A stretch of 64,000 nt of DNA, taken from the NCBI GenBank assembly GCA_002269645.1, contig NIVC01000004.1, positions 1 to 64,000 on the forward strand, written 5' to 3'. The translations under genes were made by a program, and so were the position numbers. Position 1 is the first letter of the stretch. Each line of letters starts with the position of its first letter. This document shows positions 11,685 to 21,700 of the stretch, one piece after another. The notes below the pieces were generated by a model. It saw only the letters and a list, made by a program, of their open reading frames with translations, ran no database searches and was not told the origin of the DNA. Source of the stretch: Macrostomum lignano. Taxonomy: Eukaryota.

Positions 11685-12990
11685 CGAGGGGCACTAGATG
11701 GGTTTTTAGCTGCGGTCAAACCGTTTATTCAAATTAGGCCATATTTTCTGAGCATATTGAATAAGAAGTTTTATCATGGTCCCCAAAGTTTCATGCACCT
11801 AATTGTCACCATTCTCTCACTGTCGCATTTTGTCTCAACAAGGTCTGTGACTCTTTCAGCACTGTAATGGAGCTCAATCGTGAACACTTTCGTGCCATGA
11901 TTTTCTACGATTTTAAGAGCGGCTTGACATTTCACCAGTGCCATGAGCGGCTGTCTGCTGCCTTTCCTAACCTTGCGCCATCCATCGCCACCGTCACCGC
12001 CTGGTTCCGGGAGTTCAAGCGTGGCCGAGACAGCTTGGAAGACGAAGGTCGAACCGGCCGACCTGTTTCAGTGACGACACCTGAAACTATCGACCGCGTG
12101 CGGCGCATGATTGAGGCTGATTGGCAAGTGACGTATCAAACGATTGAGGCATGTCTTGGAATCTCATCGCCGACAGTCGCTTCTATCCTTCGTGATCACC
12201 TCGCTGTCCGCAAGCTGACCAGTCGCTGGGTGCCGCATTTGCTCACCACCAAGCAGAAGCAGGCCCGCATGAGCTGGTGCCAGGAAATGCTGGACAGGTT
12301 TGGCGGAGGGACGTCGAAGTCTGTCACAGACATTGTCACATGTGACGAAACGTGGGTGTATTGCTACGAACCCGAGCGGAAATGCCAGTCGCGTGTGTGG
12401 GCTTTTGAAGATGAAGCCCCGCCGACCAAGGTTGTCAGGGGTCGGAGCACTGGCAAGCAAATGGTGGCAACTTTCTTCCGAAAGACTGGCCACATTGCGA
12501 CTGTAGCACTCGAGAGCCAGCGCACAGTGACTGCAGATTGGTACTGCACCGTCTGCCTGCCGCGTGTCATCAGCAGCCTTAAAGAGGCGCGGCCAAAGTG
12601 CGGTGTTCGAGGTCTCTGGCTGCACTAGGACAACGCCAGTGCGCACATGGCGAATCGAACTCGAGAGTTTCTACAGACGGTGGGCTTCCAGCAGCTCAGT
12701 CATCCACCATATTCACCTGACCTGGCACCGTGTGACTTTTTTTTATTTCCATTCATCAAGAATTCCATGCAAGGGTGCCGATTTTCCTCCGCCGAAGAGG
12801 CTGTTGATGCCTATAGATCGGCCGTTGAGGGGGTATCCCACTCAGAGTGGCGCCACTGCTTTGAAACTTGGTTTGAGCGGATGAGGCGGTGTATCCAAGC
12901 TGATGGAGAGTACTTTGAAAAGCTCTGAAAGTTTCATCTTTATAACTGTTACATGTTGACCGCAGCTAGAAACTTATCTAGTGCCCCTCG
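11685..12990 (+). mobile_element. Full-length Tc1/mariner element (mariner, DD34D), 1306 bp
   Basis: 35-bp TIRs CGAGGGGCACTAGAT... (32/35 identical), TA target duplication on both sides, internal transposase. Confidence 0.97.
11867..12928 (+). pseudogene. Mariner transposase, 353 codons with one premature TAG at 12626-12628
   Basis: HTH N-terminus, WVPHLL, CDETW, H*DNA, YSPDLAPCD. 34 residues lie between the 2nd and 3rd Asp. ORFs 11867-12628 and 12647-12928 are in the same frame. Confidence 0.95.
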
Positions 12991-13998
12991 TATTAAAGTA
13001 AAACCAAGATCTATCTTACAAAAAAAGTATTAGACTAGGGCCTATTATATATATCATCTTTTCAACTAATAGCATATTTATAATCTATTTCATAACCAAC
13101 AAAGTAGAGAAATAAAAAGAGATTTTATATATAGATATAAGAGTTGATTTATAATTTTAAATTTAGTATATTTTTGCAAGCTAGAAAATTTGTAAAATAG
13201 GCATTATTAAATATATGAACTGATCTACAACTATTTGTCTACTACTAAACTATTTGTTTGTTCTAATTAGATGGCCAATAGACTATTTGTTTGCAAGTGT
13301 TTAATAGTATGCCTAGATAATAATTGATAAATAAGATTGACTTATTGGGTTGGGACTTTATAATGATAATTACTAATTATTACCTAATTATAATTTATGC
13401 TATATAATATAATATACTATTCTTTTTTAAAATAAAAAGAGATTTTAATAGAAAAGATGCCTAAATAAAAGCTTGCACTTATTGAGTGCAAGCAACTAAT
13501 TATGTCTAATAGTTCAACTTCTTATTTAGACTTCTTGTATGATTTCAATGGTGAAAATATGCAACTATATTAATTTAATGATAGCTTTAAAAGAAAGAGC
13601 TTTTAGCCTCTTAGATTCCTCTTTCAACAACTTTTATTGTGATCTATTAAGTTTTTTATTAGGCTTATATTTAAATAATTATTTTTTTACATGAAGACAA
13701 AGTTAGATTATGAAAGTAAACTATATGACTCTAAATATTAAGCCTATAAACCAAATATAAATCTTGATTCTAGGTTTTATTTTCATAGAATTTGAGATTT
13801 TTCATGTCCAAGATTGGATTTAAAGTATATAACTTGGGGGCCATAATGTGATTTTAGGTTCTTTAAATGAAATAATATTATAGATAAAATTTCAAAGTAT
13901 AACATTATATCTTAGTTCAAAATTCTTGCTTATTTTGCAGTTGAAGACAATAAGTATAGTCAATATTATCAAACAAGCATTCAATAAATTATCTAACT

Positions 13999-14501
13999 AT
14001 GTCATCATCTGATCGGCGTCTTTCAAACTGGCATGCTAGGCAACATGTACTAGATCTTATAATAACAAGCACTGATACTAGTATTGTACCCAATTCTGGT
14101 ACTGATGGTGCTTCTGTTATCAACTTATCAGAAGAAGAAGATCCTACACTTTACCCAGGGCTTTCTGATAATGAGTGGGCTCCTGAAGAAGTGGACTCTG
14201 GGTCTGATCTGACATTGCCTGAAGAGTTACTTCTTTTCATGTTGCTATTTGGCATTGGGCGTCGTGCAATGGAATATTTGTTGCGCCTTTTAGTTCGATT
14301 TGGTATGGATGTTCCACTTTCTGTGGCAACTTTGAAGAAGCAATGTAGAAAGCCAAAATTTACCCATATTGCTATGCCTTCTGGTGACTTTGCCTACTGT
14401 GGAATTATGGATAATATATCTTACTGTCTCCAATCTGGACTGCTTTGTTTGAAGGAGGCTTATACAGAGATTAAAATATGCATCAATATTGATGGTGTAC
14501 C
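13999..14501 (+). pseudogene. N-terminal fragment of a CACTA/CMC-like transposase
   Basis: Pattern L.LFMLLFGIGRRAMEYLLRLL...P.SVATL...G.FAYCGI...IKICINIDGVP. After removing the hAT insertion it continues NIDGVPLHNY*, matching the NIDG(L/V)PL first catalytic Asp motif of animal CMC transposases as I know it. The rest is deleted. Confidence 0.7.
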
Positions 14502-15015
14502 CAGTGGTGTGATTCAGGCGCGAAAATGGCGCGAATGCGCGAATCCTGGGGGTCTGGCGCGAAATTTTGTGGAACCATGGGCGCGAAAATTGCATTCTTA
14601 TTTTCTGCTTTTTACACTTATTCTCTTGTCAGACAGTATGAAATACAAGAATGTCATAGCTTAGGAGATTAATCTAACAAACTGAGTTCAATCTCAGGCG
14701 TCAGCAGCAGAATGTGCAGAAGAAGAAACAGAAGAAGGCAGGGAAGCTAGCTGAGCTCGTCTTGAAGCGCAAGGCTGCTGAGCTGCTGTCAACGTCGTCA
14801 ATCACCAGCACGAGCAGTCGTCTGCCTGCAGACATCGCCAACAAGAAGTTCAGGGGGGACACGGCTGTGACTTAAGAGACATGCTAATTGGTAGCCAGAC
14901 GCATCTTCAAAAGTGTCATCAATTGACTTATTTGGCTGTCAGTAGAATATTATTGGCATGGCGCGAAAATTTTCAGTCGGCGCGAAATTTGGCAAACTTT
15001 CCAATCACACCACTG
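14502..15015. mobile_element. 514-bp non-autonomous hAT element
   Basis: Perfect 13-bp TIR CAGTGGTGTGATT, perfect 8-bp TSD GGTGTACC (14494-14501, 15016-15023), and GGCGCGAAA subterminal repeats at both ends. Confidence 0.92.
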
Positions 15016-15052
15016 GGTGTACCATTGCATAATTACTAATTTTGCATTTTAG

Positions 15053-15239
15053 GTACGTCACTTGCGACGCCTTGGAGGCTCGTCTTGTGACCGCAAGGTC
15101 ACAAGAATGCTTGACGCTCTATTAATGGCGGAATTCCAGACCATGTGCAATAGAACTGGTCGGGATTACCAAGTGAAGGGCCGACCTACCGGGGGCACAA
15201 AGGTCAGCATTATTGAATGCATCGAGCCGTTGATCATTG
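15053..15239 (+). pseudogene. Isolated exon resembling a DUF4806-like accessory protein of CMC transposons
   Basis: Branch TACTAAT + TTTTAG acceptor and G|GTGAGT donor. Peptide VRHLRRLGGSSCDRKVTRMLDALL...CNRTGR has the LGG..V.RML..L....N.TG pattern I associate with this family. Not verified by HMM. Confidence 0.45.
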
Positions 15240-15399
15240 GTGAGTAGTTAGCCTTTTATAGTCCCACTAATCTACTTTATGAATGATAATTTTTCACGTA
15301 TTACGATGTCGTTTTGGTAAAGTATACACTTTTACACGCAAATTTGAAAAGAGACATTTGGTAGGAAAAATGTCGTATATAGACAGTCCTTTTAAATAT

Positions 15400-17100
15400 C
15401 ACTCTACTTTTCAGACGCCATGTCAAGTACCCAAATGACAGACGCAGCCGTCGGGGCCCGCATTGGTCGATACCTGCGAGACGCGAATCAGCGACTGGGG
15501 AGGAGGATTGAAGTTGAACTGTGACAATGACAAAACAACACCTGTGCACTGCTTATTTCCCCTCATTGGATCTGGTCCAAAATCCTTTATAGAGTCAGAC
15601 CTACTTTACACGATAGCCGACAGGGAACCTATACACCCTCTGACCATTGCTCGCCATACCCAGGTACCACACTCCTCCAGGTGATGGATCCTCTTCAACC
15701 ACGAATCCCCATGCTCCCAAGTCCCAGCTATTGCAGTCGTCATGCCCGCATTACTTTCCAATGTGATTCTTTCCACTTAAAAGATCCGCCTGTTACTCCT
15801 GTTCTCAATATTAATATCCTGTCGATGCGGTCCCAGGGCTGGTCTGGCCACACCCAGGGGTGCCAGCACCGGATGCAGCTTAACGGATTGGCAGTCTTGG
15901 CAGCTGCTGGCAACCGACTCGATGTCAGCATCCATTCCTGGCCACCAGACGAAGGTTCTGGCGACACTTTTCATCCGAGTCATGCCGAAATGTTCCACGT
16001 GTAACTCGCGCAGAACTCCAGGTCGCAATGCTTCCGGAACCAGTACGCGAGTTCCCCATATCACGCAGCCGTCTTCCACGCTTAGCTCTAGTCGACGCCG
16101 TCAATGAAAACTCACCCGTCAGCTGACAGACCCGATCGTCGTGTGGGCTGTCGTCCTTCATCTGCAGGGGCAAGCGAGACAGGCCGTCTGCGTTGCTGTG
16201 CTGGGCAGTCTTGCGGAACTGGATGCTGTAGCTGTACCCTGACAGCAGCCGTGCGCATCTCTGAAGTCGCCGTGCTGCAGTCGGGGAGATGCCAACCTTC
16301 GGCCCGAAAATCGTCGTCAATGGCTGATGATCCGTAATAATCGTGAAGCTCGCGACTTTCTGATCCTTCAGCTGCCTGAGGCCTTCGTTGAAAACATCAA
16401 CGAACTCCTCTAGCATCTGTTCAAGAGGCCCGCTGTTCTGCGCCGGCGCCTGGCTGATCTGGTTGGCAAACAACTGAGTCCAGTTGAGTCGCACTTTTCC
16501 AGCCAATTGCGTCCTTGCAATGGGCAGGCTCCGGTCTGACTGGTGACCACCAGCGGCAGCTTATCATACCGTCTACCGTCGTAGTTGACCCTGACCTCGG
16601 CTGTTCCTTTGACTTGTATTGGCTCGCCCGTCCAGGTCCGGAGTCGCAGGCGTGTTGGTGTCAGCAGAGGTCGGCCGAGCTGCTTCCACACCGACTCCGG
16701 TACGAGGCTGACGCAGGCACCGGTGTCCAGCTACATGGTGAGGGGCTGGTCATTGACCAGCAGGCTTACGCTGATCTTCTTGGCCGATGCAGTGACTTGC
16801 GAAATCCAGTCTGTTGCTGCTTCCTCATCCTCTTCCGTTTGCATTGCGTGCGCTCTCTTCGTTTTCTGGTCCGTTCTCTGGCCTTCCGGCTTTCGTTGGA
16901 CTGGAGGCTTTCTTGGCTGAGCGGCAAACTTTCTGCAGGTGTCCAACTTTACCGCAGTTGTGGCACTTTCGAGTCCGGCGCTACCTGCTGGACTGAGCTG
17001 ACCTCTGAGCTCGATTTCCACTGCGCAGTTTCCGACTGCAATCTCCGCCGCGAGGGCAATTTTCTTGGCCGCATCCTAGGCTTACTAAACAAACTCCACC
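15400..17100 (-). mobile_element. Degenerate Gypsy/Ty3 LTR retrotransposon internal region with RT deleted
   Basis: Minus strand: Gag CCHC knuckle KCHNCGKVGHLQKVC (about 16925-16970); protease M*LDTGACVS; FNEGL..LK joined directly to the RNase H motif FTIITDHQPL...ADGLSRLP (junction about 16350); integrase Zn finger LHVEHFGMTRMKSVARTFVWWPGMDADIE...CQDCQ and WPDQPWDRI. No LTR pair identified. Confidence 0.92.
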
Positions 17101-20100
17101 CCTACCACGCGGCCCCACCCCATAAGTCATGACACACGTCATTGCACCACCTTGGTTAATTACCAATTAGAACTATGGGCTAGCTCTATAATACTACTTT
17201 AAGATTATTTAGATGTTTTCTCGTTGAGTTTTCGCTTTTTGCTGTTATCAAATTTGCTTTTTCTTCTTTTTCGAAGTTTTCCCCTTTTTGTGGTTCAATG
17301 TTTTCACAGTTTCTCTATAATGCTCGCTATAGCTCATTGAGCCCTCTAATCAAAATTTCAATTTTTATGCACTTAGTTTACTAATATCACTCTTATGTTA
17401 CTGTTACCAAAATACTTTATGGTTTTTTTACTTTTAGTTTACGGGTTACGAACTTTTCCTCTCCCCCCCTCTCTCTCTCTCTCTCAATCTATTCTTCTCT
17501 CTCTCTCTTTTTCGTCTATTTCTCTCTCCTTTTTTCTCTTTTTGCCATGGTCATGTTTATTTTGCCAGCAGAAAAAATAATACAAATTATACTTTTTCGT
17601 AATTAAATGTATCTTCTGCTGTTACCTTGTGTGCCATTATATTTAAATACTAAAAATGGTTTGTCTTACATACAACTCTTTACTCATTTCAATACTTGCA
17701 GAATAATTGAATTTACCGGTTTTTCTACAACTATAGCTATAGCGTACTGGCACAAAATGGTATGTCTGTATGATCTGTGTGATTCTGTGCGCTTGTCTAT
17801 CATTTTATACCGGAGCTCGAGTGAAGTTGAACCAATAGTACATTTACCATCTAGCAAAGAATCATTTTAAGCTATTCTACTTGTATATGATAGTTTTTTT
17901 ATGGCTTAGAAATTTTTAGCAGGACATTATCGATCAGCAGCAGATAGATTAAATTGCATTTTACGACACGCGAGGGCCGCGAAAACTACATGAAATTGAA
18001 TACGACATCAATACGACATTGCGACATACATACGATGTAAAAACGACGTACATACAATGTCGAAACGACATACATACGACGTCGAAACGATATAAACACG
18101 ATGTCGAAACGACGTAGTAGGGCGGGGAAAAACCACGACATCGCAAAACGACGTCGTTTCGACATCGTTTTTCCCAGTGGGTAGCGGACGAGCTCGTAAA
18201 ACCCCAAGCTATCCGGCTTCAAGTAGCTGATAGCAAATGCCACGCAATTTCATGCTTATTCTCTTTTTTATGCTCAGTTATACAGCAGTTTCCTGATCTT
18301 CAGTTTTCCTCTGATAGTGTCAAATGTTGAAAAGAATGCATGATATGGACCCGAGCTGCACGCTTTTACACAAGGCATGCAGATATCGATTTCGTAGAAA
18401 ATTCAATGGTAAATGGCAGTCCCTTCTGCTGGACAGCAACAGTTTTTGTACTTGATTTGGGAAGCAGGAAGGCAGAAAGAGCCAAGATTCCTCTATATAT
18501 TATCCACTTAGGCTGAGTGAGATGCAGAGAAAGGAATTTTCAATGATTCTACAACCATGCACTGCGTCATTTCTTTTAAAAATCCTGTTTCAGCAGTTCC
18601 TAAAACTCGCTGATAAAAAGAATGCATGCATAGTTACTGCATGCGCTGGAAACATCGAAGCTCTTGCACTCGACCATCAAGTGGCCAGTGAAGTAATCTT
18701 GGCCGAGTTCCAATTAAATTTGGTTTGAATTTCACGGTAGACTTGCAGCCGATAAAACTCGTATTCTATGCAAACTTTCCTGATTCGAAGATCGGAAAAT
18801 TCTACGCTTCGATAAAAAAGTTCGAATTAACTGTCAAGTGTTCCGGGAACTTTGACGGAAAACCAAGATGGTTGTTCCGCAGTGCGCTAAGCGCGGCCTG
18901 CTGTCGGGTGTAGAGTTTATTTTTGCCGTGGGCAACCACCCTGTAAGGCGCTTTATTAACTTGCATGTGCGTCATTACTGGCGGTTGCTGATGAAGACTA
19001 AACGAAGCAGTCGCTTCCCAATGCTCAGCGGGGATGCCAGACAGTCACAGATGGCCAGTGGTGGCGCCGTGTCGCCCGGAACTGTCGCGGGCCATCCGTT
19101 TGTCAGCCAAATTGGTTGTGACTTCGGCTCTACAGTTGCACTGGGCGGCTTGTGTAAACATCTGGAATGCTGCATCGCGGATGAACCGGTCTCGCAGACA
19201 GGCGCGATGATCTTCAACCATCAAAGTCTTCAGAGCGCGGCTCTGGCGACTGGCGGGACGAAGAAGCTGCTTTTTTTCTGGTCTACCCCTTCCGATTTCA
19301 TCCGTCTGTTTCCCACCGGGGCTGTCAAATGTCGGGTTCACTTGAAACCTGCAGCCGGAGGATCGGATGCGCAAGCCGCAGCTGAAGCACCGTGGCAAGG
19401 GGGCTCAGTGTGATCTGGGAGGTCTAGTAGCTCTCTGCCTTTCTCTCCCTTATCGAGATGGCCAAAAGCCAAGCACAGGAATTAAATGACCCCTTAAGAG
19501 ACTTTTCTGGACAGCGCGGAACACTTCTCTCTCTCTCTGAGAGAGGGGAGTCTTCGAAAGAAATTCAGAAGTGGTTTGAGGTCAGAGTGTGGTCCGGAAT
19601 TATCGAGCGGCTTAATCAAATCAGCGCATTGATCTCTGCTTCGCGCGCTCACCCCTAACGAAGGGCCTGGCAGCCACTTGTCTGACGGTCTCGGCAGGCG
19701 GTAGGCAGAAATTCGAGCAGGCGCAGTCCAGAGGCTCGGTGGGGCGGCCACCTGCTGGCTGCTGTTTGCAGCAGGCCTTGGAGTTTTCGGGCTGGGCAAG
19801 TTTTCTGTGGAATCCGCCCAACTGTACCCTCAAGGCCTCCGCTGCCAACATAATCTAAATCTAACGGCTGCCTGTGGGGAACTGCAGTGCGTTCGACCCG
19901 TTAACGTGAGATAATTAAACCCGATAATCAAACTTCGGTACGGAAATCGGCTGCCCTGATCTACCCTGCCGTTGGACCCTCGCTGGCAGCCAGGAATAAG
20001 ATATTAAGGACTCTGATGGCTTGGGAGCAGAACTGTAAAGACACGATGTTTGTATCTAATTTTTGCTGACAAATGCAAGTAAAGTGGATGCAGCGTTTCG

Positions 20101-21700
20101 AAGACAGCTGGGTCCAGTGGTCTGGCGTTCTGATGTGCCAGAGGCCCAGGCTCGATTCCAAATGCAGTCACATTAATTTGGGCTAAATCTGCTCGCAAAT
20201 TAACGGTCTTGAGGGCCAACCCCCCCAGGCACAGTGAAGTGCATAACGTGCATGCATAACGTGCATGTATAACGTGTAATAGACATGCATAACGATAAAA
20301 AAATAGGGCCACTGTTCACTCCTGTGTGAGTGTGTACCTGCGCATATGACTGCATACGTTTCCGTGCGCTTGTGTGCCTGCTCAGGGGAGTCGGCGGAAT
20401 GGGCAGTAATGCGTCTCACCGGTTATGTGACAATGTCGCTTAAAGTGCGCCAGGTTGCAGACAGCCTTTAATAAATAAAACTCGAAGACGGGTGGGGCCC
20501 CATCGAAGATGCTGCGCGTAGTGGGTCTCCCCGAACAGCAACTACGGAAACAAACTAAACGTGCATTGTCTGCAGCAGGCGCAGGCGCAGGGTGCAGATC
20601 GACAAGTGCGTTCGAGTACAGCTCTAGTACATCTAGTGGTGGATCAGCTGGGAATGACACGCATTGTTGCTAGCTGCTGACAGAAGTGTAGAAGCAAGAT
20701 GCGCACTTGTCGGGAAACTGTGAGCACCATCGGACACTTGGGATGCCAAAATATTTGCCAGGCCTGGCTTCCAGAGATTACTGGCTGCTCTTAGGATAAG
20801 GGAACCACTGGTTGGGAAATTCTACCTCATCAAACTGCTGGTTTTGGGCCAAGCTGGTGACCGTCGCTCTCAGAATTCCTCGGGTTTTTTCGCTCGTAAG
20901 TCCATTTGCACTGATTAAAAGCAATGCACTGTTGCACTGGAAATGTTTGTTCCCAGAGCCATCAAATGGGCTATCAAATCACACTACTGATGCATAAAGC
21001 GACGAGAAGTGATGTACAAACGGCCTGATCAGGCAAAAATTTACCCTTATTTGATGGCGGCGTGAACCGGGCCTAACGCTCCCTGCTTGAAATCGGCCGT
21101 AACTACGCTCGTACTTGAAAAATAAAACGACTCTGCAGGCCAGAATGACAGTTTTTGACTTTATACGAGTGTTTTAATGAAATCGTGACTCTGGAAGCCC
21201 CCACATCCCTCATTATGCTCGTTAACTCTCAACCAAACACGCACCAAGAAAAGGGAAATGCCGCCCATGAGTAGTAAGTACAGTTGGCGGGGTTACACAC
21301 AGCAGAGGGTTTGCAGACGTTCGAAAACCATCATGGGCCAATCCAAGGAATCCTTGAACTACGTATAGAACTGGATTCTAAATATAAGCATGGGGCCGCA
21401 TGTGTAGACCGGATTGGAAGCTTGGACAAAGCGGTGTCATTGGCTCCGGGTGTGCACTTGGGTTAGGGCTGTGCGCATGCTATAAATGTTACCAGAGGAA
21501 GCCGCACTGATAATGCTGGCAGACTTATGTAACTTAAAGGCTAATTATTTAGGATATAGAAATCTGCCCTTTGGCTTTCCTACTTATTTTGAACTGACCC
21601 AGTTGTTCAGTCCAGTCGCAAATTTGATTCGACAGCCACCGGGAATTCGAACTAGCCAAGCAAAGTTCAAACAAGACGACAGTCACTTCTTTGCCCAAGA

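Larger units (their letters stand above)
10351..18181 (+). mobile_element. Putative decayed CACTA/EnSpm (CMC) DNA transposon, about 7.8 kb, containing nested insertions
   Basis: Left end CCCACTGGGAAA-7nt-TCGAAACGACGTCG at 10351; the right end reads the same in reverse complement, ending at 18181. Both ends carry dense subterminal ACGAC/GTCGT repeats. An internal CMC-type transposase fragment is present. The 2-bp flanks CA/TA do not match exactly. Confidence 0.55.

Noticed and set aside
12626-12628. Programmed read-through of the mariner TAG
   Set aside because: A single C-to-T change explains it, and mariner transposases are not known to use read-through.
18400-21600. Moderately GC-rich region with several 60-180-aa ORFs
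   Set aside because: No recognisable domain, splice pattern or terminal repeats. It may be an old retroelement but I cannot support a call.
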